Positions 17,220 to 26,749 are shown, counted from the first letter of the stretch. The stretch: DNA of 64,000 nt from an uncultured Solibacteraceae bacterium (GCA_964471115.1 CAYYFE010000008.1:34597-98596); one strand, 5' to 3'. Translations and numbers: made by a program. Notes: generated by a model from the sequence alone, not told the origin.

Positions 17220-18274
17220 GACGATGTGCGCTGGGCGATGAGGTGATCGGGAATCCACGGCGTCACCGTGCGCCGTTTCCACCAAGCGGCGAGCCACAAC
17301 ATGAACAGCGTGAACAGGGCGTAGGCGATCAGGGACTCGGGAATCGTCAGTGATCGTTTGAGGAACGCGCTCAGCAGTCCGTAGGCCAGTTCCACGTGCA
17401 CCCAGTAGACGAAGAGCGAGGTCTGGCCGAAGAGCACCAGCGGGCTCCAGCGGGACGCGGTGGATCGCTGGTACCAAAGCCACGCTCCGGCCACCATCAG
17501 GATCATCCAGCCGGTGCGCGCGGACAGAAACGACCAGGCCGTCACGCCGGCGGTGGGCAGCGCCGCGGGCAGCAGGGCGCCGATCCAACCGGCGGCGACG
17601 GCGGCCGCGCCCACAGCCGCCAGACGCAAGTGGAACGCGCGTTCCTGTTCGGCGGCACGCCCGCGCGCGATCCACAGTCCCACCAGCGCACCGGCCACCA
17701 TGAACACGAGCCAGGGGAACAACGGGAACTGCCCGAAGCCGCCGTTGGGCCGGATGTAGGCCTCGAGCCTGGGATGCAACTGCGTCGGCCACTCCCACAG
17801 CCGCGAGTACGGCGTCACGACGAGAACGACCAGCAGCGCGGCGGAGAGGACACCCACACGGGCGCGCAGGTCGCGACCGCGTCCCCAGAGCCACGCCACC
17901 AGCACCATGCCCAGCCCGAGGATGTTGAGGATGTCGGGTTTGAAGATCGAGTGCCAGACGCCGTACGGATTGAGCAGGTACGACTGCACCCGGAAGACGT
18001 GCGCGAAGAAGAAGATCTGCCAGCCGCGGCGCTGCAGCGCGCGCGACGCGTCCGCGTCGCTGCGGCCCTTGCGCACCTGCGCGTCGGCGGCCATCGGGAT
18101 GGCAAGCCCGGCCAGGAACAGGAAGAGCGGCGCGGCCCACCCGCCCAGAATGGCCAACCACAGAAACTCGCGGCTGCCGCGTTCGGTGTCGGCCGTCCAG
18201 GCATCCACCGCGTGCCACTCGATCATGATGAGCACGGCCACGCCGCGCAGCCAGTCGATGTACGTGCGGCGCAC
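17216..18274 (-). CDS. DUF1624 / heparan-alpha-glucosaminide N-acetyltransferase-like membrane acyltransferase
   Basis: Polytopic membrane protein starting MRRTYIDWLRGVAVLIMIEWHAVDAW, the family N-terminal signature (DxxRG...M...H). About 9-10 hydrophobic segments. Confidence 0.6.
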   Translation of the reverse strand: MRRTYIDWLRGVAVLIMIEWHAVDAWTADTERGSREFLWLAILGGWAAPLFLFLAGLAIPMAADAQVRKGRSDADASRALQRRGWQIFFFAHVFRVQSYLLNPYGVWHSIFKPDILNILGLGMVLVAWLWGRGRDLRARVGVLSAALLVVLVVTPYSRLWEWPTQLHPRLEAYIRPNGGFGQFPLFPWLVFMVAGALVGLWIARGRAAEQERAFHLRLAAVGAAAVAAGWIGALLPAALPTAGVTAWSFLSARTGWMILMVAGAWLWYQRSTASRWSPLVLFGQTSLFVYWVHVELAYGLLSAFLKRSLTIPESLIAYALFTLFMLWLAAWWKRRTVTPWIPDHLIAQRTSS

Positions 18275-18329
18275 GCGTCAGATTCTAGCCGGGATTATTC
18301 ACGTGGAGCACTGAAGGGCTGGGCGCCGA

Positions 18330-18731
18330 TCAGGGATTGATCGTGTAACTGGTCGTGAAGTCGATGTCGGGCCGCAGTGAGTTGGAGACCGAGCAGTACG
18401 TCTTGTGCGACAGCTCGATGGCCCGCGCCACGGCCTCCTCGGGCACGTTCCCCTTCACGTCAAACCGCACGGCAATGCGGACGTACCGCTTCGGGTGCGT
18501 CTCGGCGCGGTCGCCCTCGAAGTGCACGGTCAGCCCCTGGAGATCGTGCCGTCCCTTGATGAGGATCAGCGCCACGTCCATCGCCATGCAGCCCATCAAG
18601 CCGTAGGCCAGCGCCTGCATCGGCGACGGCACGTCAGGATTGCTGCTGTCGAGCTGAATCGGAGGAAAACCGGCAGGACTGGAGAACTTGAAGTCACCAT
18701 GCCACTCGAGCGCGAGAGGAGGAACGGGCAT
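18330..18731 (-). CDS. OsmC/Ohr family peroxiredoxin-like protein
   Basis: 133 aa with two conserved Cys contexts (LMGCMAMD and KTYCSVSNS) typical of the OsmC family. Confidence 0.7.
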   Translation of the reverse strand: MPVPPLALEWHGDFKFSSPAGFPPIQLDSSNPDVPSPMQALAYGLMGCMAMDVALILIKGRHDLQGLTVHFEGDRAETHPKRYVRIAVRFDVKGNVPEEAVARAIELSHKTYCSVSNSLRPDIDFTTSYTINP

Positions 18732-18742
18732 AGGACCATCAT

Positions 18743-18792
18743 AACGGGTCCAACGGGTCCAACGGGTCCAACGGGTCCAACGGGTCCAACGG
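18743..18792. repeat. perfect tandem 9-nt array (AACGGGTCC x5.5)
   Basis: Read directly. Fills the spacer between the ADOP permease stop (18795) and the OsmC start (18731). Confidence 0.9.
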
Positions 18793-18794
18793 AT

Positions 18795-21422
18795 TTATTG
18801 ATCGCGGAGGGCGATGGTGGGATCGACCGCTGACGCGCGGCGGGCGGGGATCCAGGTGGCGAGGATGGCCAGGGTCAACATGGCGGCCGGCGCCAGGGCG
18901 GCCCACATCAGGCCGCCGTCCTCGAGGCGCAACATGGATTGGCCCAACGGACTGACGAGCACCGGCGTGACGAGCAGACTGCCGATCACGAGTCCCCACG
19001 CCACCGGGCGCAGTCCGTCACGCAGCACCATCCGTCTGACCGTCGATCGCTCGGCGCCCAGCGCCATCCGGACGCCAATCTCCCGGCGCCGGCGCGCGAC
19101 GACGAACGACAACACGCCGTAGAGACCCACCAGCGCCAGCAGCAACGCAAACCCACCCAGCACCCCGGCGGTGCCGCCCACGACACGCAGCAGCATGGTC
19201 ACACCGTCAAGCACCGAGGCGCCGGTGGCGACCTGGCTCAACGCCAGGTGCTGGTCCACTTCAGACACGACAGTCCGAAGACGCGCGGCTGTGGCGTCGG
19301 GAGTGGCCGTCCGCGCGATGAGCGTCAGCCGCCGGTTCGGCGTATCCGGCCCCAACGCCAGCACCGCAATGCCCTCATCCGTGCCCCGTCGTCCTGGATC
19401 GCTCACGTCTGCCGCGACACCCACGACCGTGGACGTCGCGTCGATGGGCTCCGGCTCGCCGACAGACGCCTGCCGGCGGTACGTCAGGGTGCGGCCGACC
19501 ACGTCGGTGGCGCCGAACACGCGCTGCGCCGCCCTCGCGCTGATCACGATGGCGGCACCACCCCGGTCCTCCGCCGTGATGTCGCGGCCGTGCAGAAGCG
19601 GCCAGCCGGTCGCGCTGAGATACCCGGCGCCCGCTTCGACCGCGCGCACCCAGGTGCCCCGATCCGGTTGATCGGGTGGTCGCACCGCCAGGTTTGCGGA
19701 TCCGGTCCCGATGGGCAGCGCCGTCGCCAGCGTCACGGCTGAAACGCCGGGCACCTGGCGCGCGCGCTCTGCCGCGCGGTCGAGCCGCGCCAGCGTGTCG
19801 GCGGTTGACGCCTTCGACGCGCTGGGGTCCACGGCCACCAGGGCGAGTTCGTCGAACGCAATCCCGGTGGCTGCCTGCGACAGCCGCCAGGCATTGCCGG
19901 CACTCACGGCGGTCAGCGCGAGCAATGCCACCGACACCGCCACTTGCGCACCAATCAGGAGACGCCGGCCTCTCCAGCGGGGAATCGTTCCTCCGCCATC
20001 CACAGCCAGCGCCGCTCTGACGTCACCGCCGCTGGCGTGCCACGCCGGCACCAGTCCGAACACCGCCATCGCCAGCGCCGTGGCCCCCGAGGCCACCAGC
20101 AACGCCCCGGCGTTCAACTCGGGACGAACGCTGATGACGATGGCGCTGTCGCCCACGCTGAAATCCGTCGACAGCGCAATGAGCAGCCAGCGGGCCACGA
20201 GTATGCCGGCGCCACCACCGGCCACCGCCAGCAGCGCGCACTCCACCAGTTGTTCGCGAATCACCCGGGCCCGAGAGGCGCCCAGCGCGCGCCGCACTGA
20301 CAGCTCATGCCGGCGCGTCGCCCCGCGCGCCAGCAGCAGGTTGGCCAGGTTCGTGCACGCCACCAGCAGCACCAGGCCGACTGCGGTGAACACCGTCGTG
20401 ATCACGGGCGTCGCCACGCGGTCCATGCTCTCGTGAATGCGCACGTCCGTCAGCGGGCGGGCCAACCAGGCGCGGCTGTTGCGATTTCCAAGCGGCACCG
20501 CCGTATCGAGGGCCGCGCCGATTTCACGGAGCTCCGTTCCGGCGCGGTCCAGCGCCTGGCCGTCGCGCAGCCGCGCAATCACGCGTACCCACCGGTGGTT
20601 GCGGTCGTGTTCGCTGTCGAAAGCGAGGTAGCCGGGCCGGGCCACGCGCATCCGCTGGCGGATCGGAATCCAGGCCGCCGCCGGCATCATCGTGGGCATG
20701 TCGACCCCGCGGACATCAGGACGGGCCACGCCCGCCACGACAAACGGCTCGCCGCCAATCAACACCGTGGAGCCGACCACGGCCGGGTCGCTGCCGAACG
20801 CTGACGTCCAGAACTCCGCGCCCAGCACCACGACCGGCGGCGCCGCCGGGTCATCGTCTGCCGGCTGCAGCAGGCGACCGTGCAGCGGGGTGGCGCGCAG
20901 GGTGGCGAAGTAGTCCCCATCCACCATTTCGCCAACGACCGGTCTTGAGCCCAGGGGGGTGGCCATGGCGCTCGTGAAGCGCGACCACGCGGCGAGGTGG
21001 CTGAACGACTGTTGGCGCGCTTTCAGATCGAGGAAATCGGGCCACGAGAAACCGGAGACCGATGCCGATCCACCAGGCGCGTGGTACAGCTTGACGACCT
21101 GCTCGACCTGGTCGACGGCGGGGGCCTTGAAGGCGATCGCGTGGACGGTCGAGTAGACGGCGGTCGTCGCGCCGATGCTCAGCGCCAGCGTGATGACGGC
21201 GAACAGGGTGAAGAGTGGTGCGGCCGTGAGGCGCCGGGCGGCATACGCCACGTCGCGTCCGAGGTCCCGAAACGGCCGCATCCCTTCAGGCCAGAGCGCC
21301 AGCAGGGCTCGCAGGAGCGCCAAGGCCCCGCCCGCCAGCACCGCGCACCGGCCCAGCGCACCGGCCGCGCGCCACTCGTGCACGAGATCGGCCCAGATCT
21401 CACGCCAGACGCTCATCGCCAC
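18795..21422 (-). CDS. ADOP family duplicated permease with N-terminal prefix region
   Basis: GTG at 21422 or ATG at 21416 (MSVWREIWADLVHEW). FtsX-type TM bundles. C-terminus is DPTIALRDQ. Downstream of PadR on the same strand. Confidence 0.85.
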   Translation of the reverse strand: MAMSVWREIWADLVHEWRAAGALGRCAVLAGGALALLRALLALWPEGMRPFRDLGRDVAYAARRLTAAPLFTLFAVITLALSIGATTAVYSTVHAIAFKAPAVDQVEQVVKLYHAPGGSASVSGFSWPDFLDLKARQQSFSHLAAWSRFTSAMATPLGSRPVVGEMVDGDYFATLRATPLHGRLLQPADDDPAAPPVVVLGAEFWTSAFGSDPAVVGSTVLIGGEPFVVAGVARPDVRGVDMPTMMPAAAWIPIRQRMRVARPGYLAFDSEHDRNHRWVRVIARLRDGQALDRAGTELREIGAALDTAVPLGNRNSRAWLARPLTDVRIHESMDRVATPVITTVFTAVGLVLLVACTNLANLLLARGATRRHELSVRRALGASRARVIREQLVECALLAVAGGGAGILVARWLLIALSTDFSVGDSAIVISVRPELNAGALLVASGATALAMAVFGLVPAWHASGGDVRAALAVDGGGTIPRWRGRRLLIGAQVAVSVALLALTAVSAGNAWRLSQAATGIAFDELALVAVDPSASKASTADTLARLDRAAERARQVPGVSAVTLATALPIGTGSANLAVRPPDQPDRGTWVRAVEAGAGYLSATGWPLLHGRDITAEDRGGAAIVISARAAQRVFGATDVVGRTLTYRRQASVGEPEPIDATSTVVGVAADVSDPGRRGTDEGIAVLALGPDTPNRRLTLIARTATPDATAARLRTVVSEVDQHLALSQVATGASVLDGVTMLLRVVGGTAGVLGGFALLLALVGLYGVLSFVVARRRREIGVRMALGAERSTVRRMVLRDGLRPVAWGLVIGSLLVTPVLVSPLGQSMLRLEDGGLMWAALAPAAMLTLAILATWIPARRASAVDPTIALRDQ

Positions 21423-21511
21423 CTCGCCACCTCGTCATCTCGCCATCTCGCCACCTCGGCCACCTCGCCATCTCGCCATCTCGCCATCTCGCCACCTCGC
21501 CACCTCGTCAT
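21423..21511. repeat. tandem 8-nt array (CTCGCCAY-like, 11 units)
   Basis: ctcgccac ctcgtcat ctcgccat ctcgccac ctcggccac ctcgccat x3 ctcgccac x2 ctcgtcat. Occupies the whole PadR-ADOP spacer, and the last unit contains the PadR stop. Confidence 0.9.
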
Positions 21512-21792
21512 TTGAGGTGAGCGCCCATAGGCAGGTCGCCATAGATGATTCGCGAGGCCACGAGCGCCCTCAGGCCTGCGGCCGTGGGTTCGTAGAGCCG
21601 GCGCGGCGGTCCTTCGCCAGGCCGTTCGTCCAGATAGGACACGACGTAGCCCTTCTGCTCCATGCGTTGCAGGGTCACGTACACACTGCCGCGTTTGAGA
21701 CGTCCCTCCGAGGCCGCCACCAGGTCGAGGCCGTAGGTCGGGGCTTTCGCGGACAACAGATCAAGCACGAGGGCTTCAAGGTCGGAAATCAT
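21508..21792 (-). CDS. PadR family transcriptional regulator
   Basis: 94 aa winged-helix protein: LEALVLDLLSAKAPTYGLDLV...GSVYVTLQRMEQKGYV...RRLYEPTAAG. Confidence 0.85.
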   Translation of the reverse strand: MISDLEALVLDLLSAKAPTYGLDLVAASEGRLKRGSVYVTLQRMEQKGYVVSYLDERPGEGPPRRLYEPTAAGLRALVASRIIYGDLPMGAHLK

Positions 21793-21834
21793 AGGCAGTC
21801 TTACATTACGTCACACTAAACCGAAAGTTCAAAC

Positions 21835-21911
21835 AGTGCGGAGTGCGGGGTGCACAGTGCGGAGTGCGCAGTGCGCAGTGCGGAGTGCGCAGTGCGCAGT
21901 GCGGAGTGCGC
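21835..21911. repeat. tandem heptamer array (AGTGCGS, 11 units)
   Basis: Read directly. Followed by a local hairpin GCCGGGC-aggcccc-GCCCGGC. Lies in the divergent PadR/PadR spacer. Confidence 0.9.
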
Positions 21912-21985
21912 CGGGCAGGCCCCGCCCGGCACTTTGTTCGCGGCCCACAGAGCGTGCCGCGCTACATACGGTCTGCACCCACCCT

Positions 21986-22027
21986 CCGCACCCCGCACCC
22001 CGCACTCCGCACCTCGCACTCCGCACT
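21986..22027. repeat. tandem heptamer array (YCGCACY, 6 units), reverse complement of the 21835-21911 array
   Basis: ccgcacc ccgcacc ccgcact ccgcacc tcgcact ccgcact. Can pair with the upstream AGTGCGS array. Confidence 0.85.
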
Positions 22028-22073
22028 GCTTTGTTCGGAACTCTGGCGCCAGCGCCCTCGTATTTTGCCTACA

Positions 22074-22433
22074 ATGACGGCTATGTCGAAGTCCGTGCCC
22101 CCGATCGGCGAATTCGAACACCTGCTCCTGCTCGCCATCCTGCAGCTGCGCCAGGAGGAAGTGGACCCGTATACGGTGCCGATCCGCCAGTTGCTCGAGC
22201 GCCGGACCGGCCGCACCGTGGCCCGGGGCGCGGTGCACACCTCGCTCGACCGCCTGGAAGCCAAAGGCCTGCTGACCTCCACCATGGGCGAGCCGCTGGC
22301 CATCCGCGGCGGCCGCGCGCGCCGGTATTACGAAGTCACACCGCTTGGGCTCAAGGCCGTGCGCCAGGCCCAGTCCGCCGTACTCACGATGGCCGCCGGC
22401 CTCGACCCTCTGCTGACGCCTCGGAGGTCCTGA
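22074..22433 (+). CDS. PadR family transcriptional regulator
   Basis: ATG at 22074 (alternative ATG at 22083). FEHLLLLAILQLRQEEVDPYTV...GAVHTSLDRLEAKGLL...RRYYEVTPLG. Confidence 0.85.
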   Translation: MTAMSKSVPPIGEFEHLLLLAILQLRQEEVDPYTVPIRQLLERRTGRTVARGAVHTSLDRLEAKGLLTSTMGEPLAIRGGRARRYYEVTPLGLKAVRQAQSAVLTMAAGLDPLLTPRRS

Positions 22434-22434
22434 A

Positions 22435-22527
22435 ATGCACCTCAGCACTTCCGCACTGCGCACTCCGTACTCCGCACTCCGCACTGCGCACTCCGCACTC
22501 CGCACAGCGCACTGCGCACTTCGCACT
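22435..22527. repeat. tandem heptamer array (SCGCACT-like, about 13 units)
   Basis: Read directly. Fills the spacer between the PadR stop (22433) and the ADOP ATG (22533). Same orientation as the 21986 array. Confidence 0.9.
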
Positions 22528-22532
22528 GATCC

Positions 22533-25175
22533 ATGCCCCCCCGCCTTGCCACCGCGCTGATTCGCCTGGCCCTCCGCCGCGAGCCGTGGGCTGACACCAC
22601 GCTGGGCGATCTGCGGGAGGAATTCGCCGATCTCACCCGCCGACGCGGGCGATGGCCGGCCGCGCGCTGGTACTGGCGCGAAGCGCTCCGCCTCTGTCTG
22701 CCCACGGGTTCGTCGCTGCCCGGCGAACCGCCTCGCCCAAAGGACTCGATCATGCGCACCCTGCTTCACGAAACCCGGCTGGCCGCGCGCGCCCTCGTGC
22801 GCCAGCCCACGGTCAGTCTCGCCATCGTCTTCACCCTGGCGATTGGCCTCGGCCTCAACGCCGCGACGTTCGGCATGGCCGACGCCCTGCTCCTGCGCCC
22901 GTTCACCATTCCCACGGTGGATCGCCTCGTCGTGTTGTCGGAACTGTCGGCAAACGATCCGTACCTGCAGGAATCGGTCGCGCCCGGCAACTACCTCGAC
23001 CTGCGGCAACACCTTGGCGGCGCCATCACGCGCATGGGCACCGTGGGCTGGGGCGACGTCAACATGTCGGGCGGCGATCAGCCGGAGCGCGTGGCGGGCT
23101 CCTTCGTGGGGACCGACTACTTCACCATGCTCGGGCAGGTGCCGGCCGATGGGCGCTTCTTCCTGTCCGGTGAGGACGCCGAGGCCGCGCCGCGCACGGT
23201 GGTCATCAGCGACGCGTTATGGCATCGGCGCTTCGGCGCCGCGCCCGACATCATCGGCCGGACGATGCTGCTGGATGGCCAGCCGCACACGATTATCGGC
23301 CGCACGTCGCCGGGTTTCGACTACCCGAACGGATCGGATCTCTGGATGCCCCAGGTGCTGGAGGCCGAAGACCGGGAGGCGCGCGCCGCGAAGTACCTCA
23401 CCGTCATCGGTGAGCTCGCGCCCGGAGCCACGGTGGCTCAGGCACAGGCGGAAATGACGGCCGCGTACGAACGCCTCAAGCGCGAGTTTCCGGAGGCCAA
23501 TCAGCGGTACACGTTGACCGTCAACCCGTTCGCGAAGGCCATGATCGACTTCGGATTGCCCACGGTCCTCGGGCTGTGGCAAGTGGCGGCGTTGTTGCTG
23601 ATGCTCATCGCCGGCACAAACGTCGCCAATCTGTTCCTGGCCCGAGGCGCCGAACGTGAACGTGAAATCGCCGTCCGTCTGGCGATTGGCGCATCCCGCT
23701 GGCGGCTGATTCGCCAGCTGTTGGTCGAGAGCCTGCTGCTCGCGCTCGTGGCGGTGCCGCTGGCGCTCCTCGTCTCGGCCGCCGCGATCGCCATCATCCG
23801 CAATCTGATGCCGGCCGAGCTGCTGCGCTTCATCCCTGGGTGGACGGCGATGGGCGTCAACCTGCGCGTGGCTGTCGCCACCGGCCTGTTTGCGACGGTC
23901 TGCGCGATTCTGTTCGGGCTGCTGCCGGCGCTTCGCGCGTCGAGACCCAACCTGACGGTGTCGCTCAAGGATGGCGGACGCTCCGGCGCGGGCGCCGTCG
24001 GTCGCAGCCGGCTGCGCCGGGGACTGGTGGTGGCGGAGATCACCCTCGCGCTGCCGCTGCTGATCTGTGCCGGACTGGCCGCCATCGGCGCGCAGCGCCT
24101 GGCATCCGGCCCGCAGGGGTATGACCCGGAGGGTCTGTCCCGCGTCCGCATGAGCCTGCCGGTCGCCGCCTACGACGATGCTGCCGACCGGCGGACGGTG
24201 ACGCAGCGGCTCCTCGACCGGGCGGCCGGCCTGCCGGCCATCACCGAAGTCGCCACGACCTCAGCCGCCCCCGCCACGCCGGGTGGTCAGCGACGTCAGG
24301 TCGTCGTGGATGGCCGCGCGCCGGATCCCGATGGCGTGGCCTGGATCAACTACCGCGCGGTCTCGGATCGCTTCCATCATGTCCTCCGGATTCCCCTGCG
24401 CGAAGGTCGCGCGTTCTCCCCGCAGGATCGTGACGGCACCGAACCGGTGGCCATCGTCAGCGAGTCGCTGGCGCGCTTGTACTGGCCGGACGGATCAGCC
24501 GTCGGCCGCCGCGTCAAGCTCAGCCCGACGGCGACGGAGTGGATCACGGTCGTCGGGGTGTCAGGCAACACCATTGACGATTGGTTCAGCGCGCGCAATG
24601 CGCCCACCATCTACGTCCCCGTCGACCAGTGGCCGAGCACCGAGATTCACCTGTTTGCGCGCGGCCGCGCGACCGACGCCGCGCACGTGGACGCCCTGCG
24701 CGCGGCCGTGCGGGACGTCGACCCGACATTGCCGGTCTTTGATGTAGGCACGATGCTCGAGGCGATTCACACCCGCACCACCGGGCTGCGCTTCATCGCG
24801 CAGTTCATGGCGGCCTTCGGGATGATCTCGCTCGTGCTGGCCAGCGCCGGCATCTACAGCGTCATGGCGCATTACGTCGCACAACGGCGCCACGAAATCG
24901 GCCTGCGCCTGGCGCTGGGCGCCACCGCTCAGGGCGTCCTTCGCCTCACGCTCGGACAAGGCCTGCGCATGGCCGCGCTGGGCATCGCGCTGGGCACGGC
25001 GGCGGGCCTCGCCCTGGCGCGCCTGATGGAAAGCGCGCTGTTTGGCGCCGTGGCCTTCGAGCCCATGCTGTTCGTCGCGGGCCCGGTCGTGTTGGCGCTC
25101 GTGGCCGCGCTGGCCACGCTGCTGCCGGCACAGGCGGCGATGCGGGTCGATCCGGCGCGGGTCCTGCGGGAGTGA
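22533..25175 (+). CDS. ADOP family duplicated permease with N-terminal prefix domain
   Basis: 880 aa with an N-terminal extension (REPWADTTLGDLREEFADL) then FtsX-type architecture. C-terminus is DPARVLRE. Confidence 0.85.
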   Translation: MPPRLATALIRLALRREPWADTTLGDLREEFADLTRRRGRWPAARWYWREALRLCLPTGSSLPGEPPRPKDSIMRTLLHETRLAARALVRQPTVSLAIVFTLAIGLGLNAATFGMADALLLRPFTIPTVDRLVVLSELSANDPYLQESVAPGNYLDLRQHLGGAITRMGTVGWGDVNMSGGDQPERVAGSFVGTDYFTMLGQVPADGRFFLSGEDAEAAPRTVVISDALWHRRFGAAPDIIGRTMLLDGQPHTIIGRTSPGFDYPNGSDLWMPQVLEAEDREARAAKYLTVIGELAPGATVAQAQAEMTAAYERLKREFPEANQRYTLTVNPFAKAMIDFGLPTVLGLWQVAALLLMLIAGTNVANLFLARGAEREREIAVRLAIGASRWRLIRQLLVESLLLALVAVPLALLVSAAAIAIIRNLMPAELLRFIPGWTAMGVNLRVAVATGLFATVCAILFGLLPALRASRPNLTVSLKDGGRSGAGAVGRSRLRRGLVVAEITLALPLLICAGLAAIGAQRLASGPQGYDPEGLSRVRMSLPVAAYDDAADRRTVTQRLLDRAAGLPAITEVATTSAAPATPGGQRRQVVVDGRAPDPDGVAWINYRAVSDRFHHVLRIPLREGRAFSPQDRDGTEPVAIVSESLARLYWPDGSAVGRRVKLSPTATEWITVVGVSGNTIDDWFSARNAPTIYVPVDQWPSTEIHLFARGRATDAAHVDALRAAVRDVDPTLPVFDVGTMLEAIHTRTTGLRFIAQFMAAFGMISLVLASAGIYSVMAHYVAQRRHEIGLRLALGATAQGVLRLTLGQGLRMAALGIALGTAAGLALARLMESALFGAVAFEPMLFVAGPVVLALVAALATLLPAQAAMRVDPARVLRE

Positions 25176-25221
25176 TGTAACCGCGTCGCCCCCACACCGG
25201 TCTTACGGTGCGGGGGTCCAC

Positions 25222-26193
25222 ATGAAGCGCCTGTTCAGCCGCCTCGTGGCACTCGTGTCGCTGACACTGGCCGTCGCGTGCAGCGAAGGCCCGACGTCGC
25301 CGGGCACCAGCCACACCGCAACCGGCTCATCCAGTCCGGTGTACGTCGTGCTCTTCACGCATATCGAGGACAACACCCCGGTGGGCAGCCTTGGGTCGTC
25401 CGAATCGCGTGTGTCCTATCTGAACTGGCGGAGCGACATCATCGCGATGGCGGAGCTCGCCCGGCAGCAGGGTGTGCCGTGGAGCTTCCAGCCCGACTGG
25501 AAGTTCCTCGAGGCGGCGCGCCTGTTCGAGGACAGCGCCACGATGGCCTCCACCGGCGGCGTCAACGTCCTGCGGTACCTGCGCGACACGCTGGGGGTGA
25601 CGATCGATCCCCACTCCCACGAGATGTCCGGCTACAACTACACCGACGTGGCGTACCTGCTGGATCGGCTCGGCGTGGGCGGCAGCACGGTGATCGGCGG
25701 CCACGTGTGGGATCCGTCCCTCCCCGAGTTTGCCGAGTGGGACCGCTATCGCACCTCCGTGCGCGGCGAGCGGTACCCGCAGGCCCTGTGGCGCGGGGAC
25801 ATCCTCATGGGCGCCGGCACGCCCGGTCACCGCAACGATCCGGTCGTGTCGGGGGTGTGGCGTCCGCGGGACCGCCACAACTACTTCACCGACGATCCGA
25901 CGGGCAACATGTACGCGATTGGCGGCTGGAGCCAGGCCGTGAGCGCCGCGGACAGCCTCTACGAGCTGGGCCGGACGGGCGCCGTGCCGTCAGGCTGCAT
26001 GCTGACACTCACCCACCACATCAGACCGGCCGACATCGCCACCGCGTCGGCGCTGGCGGCGGTCGACAGGGACGTACTGACACCGGCCCTGTCGCTGCGT
26101 GCGCAGGGCAAGGTGGTGCTGACGGACTTCACGTCGCTGGTCAACACCTGGCGCAGCGAGTACGGATCGAAGGGGTGCGCCCACCGGCAGTAG
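25222..26193 (+). CDS. hypothetical lipoprotein
   Basis: ATG at 25222. Lipobox LTLAVAC in MKRLFSRLVALVSLTLAVACSEG. No family recognised. Confidence 0.55.
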   Translation: MKRLFSRLVALVSLTLAVACSEGPTSPGTSHTATGSSSPVYVVLFTHIEDNTPVGSLGSSESRVSYLNWRSDIIAMAELARQQGVPWSFQPDWKFLEAARLFEDSATMASTGGVNVLRYLRDTLGVTIDPHSHEMSGYNYTDVAYLLDRLGVGGSTVIGGHVWDPSLPEFAEWDRYRTSVRGERYPQALWRGDILMGAGTPGHRNDPVVSGVWRPRDRHNYFTDDPTGNMYAIGGWSQAVSAADSLYELGRTGAVPSGCMLTLTHHIRPADIATASALAAVDRDVLTPALSLRAQGKVVLTDFTSLVNTWRSEYGSKGCAHRQ

Positions 26194-26194
26194 C

Positions 26195-26728
26195 TCAGCG
26201 GCAGCGCGAACCCACCGTGCAGGTCAGCGTGCGGCGGTCGTTGCCCGTGCCCACCACGATCGTCAGGCGATCGCCGTTGCGCGTCACCGCCGAGACCCGG
26301 CCGTCTGCGACGGCCAGCACCTCGATCGCCCGCGTGACCACGATCGAGTCGATGCGTTTGTCGGGATACACGGTCTCCACGGCGAGGTAGTCGCCCACCG
26401 GACGCAGGGCCTCGAGCCGGCCGAGGCCGGCGGCCTCAATCCAGCCCCACTGCCAGGAGATGTCGCCCGGCATGCGCCAGCCGGCGAGGATGTCGCCGTC
26501 CGGATCGTTGGCAAATCGCACCGAGACACCGACCCCTTCGCGATCGCCGATGTGCAAGGCGTACGTCGTGATGCGTTCGCCCAGCAGGTCGTCGGGCATG
26601 CCTTCGGGGTTGGTGCCCACCGCGTCGACCATGTCGCCCAGCGACAGCGGCCGGTACCAGCGCTCCTGCTGCGCCGTCAGCGGTACCGCCACGGCCAACG
26701 CGAGCGCGATCACCAAGCCGCGGCCCAC
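26195..26728 (-). CDS. hypothetical secreted protein (start uncertain)
   Basis: Start placed at GTG 26728 (VGRGLVIALALAVAVPLTAQQ). Longer starts would run through the octamer array and overlap the dipeptidase start. Confidence 0.4.
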   Translation of the reverse strand: MGRGLVIALALAVAVPLTAQQERWYRPLSLGDMVDAVGTNPEGMPDDLLGERITTYALHIGDREGVGVSVRFANDPDGDILAGWRMPGDISWQWGWIEAAGLGRLEALRPVGDYLAVETVYPDKRIDSIVVTRAIEVLAVADGRVSAVTRNGDRLTIVVGTGNDRRTLTCTVGSRCR

Positions 26729-26749
26729 AGAACGGGCCGCGCTACGAGG

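Noticed and set aside
17220-18218. N-terminal 333 aa of the 908-aa track ORF 15492..18218
   Set aside because: This part overlaps the DUF1624 membrane protein gene in another frame and is Arg/Gly-rich. A signal-peptide-bearing ATG at 17219, overlapping the DUF1624 stop, gives a sensible start.
18743-22527. Possibility that the tandem arrays are CRISPR arrays
   Set aside because: The units are 7-9 nt with no intervening unique spacers. There are no cas genes or leader. CRISPR repeats are 23-50 nt and separated by spacers.
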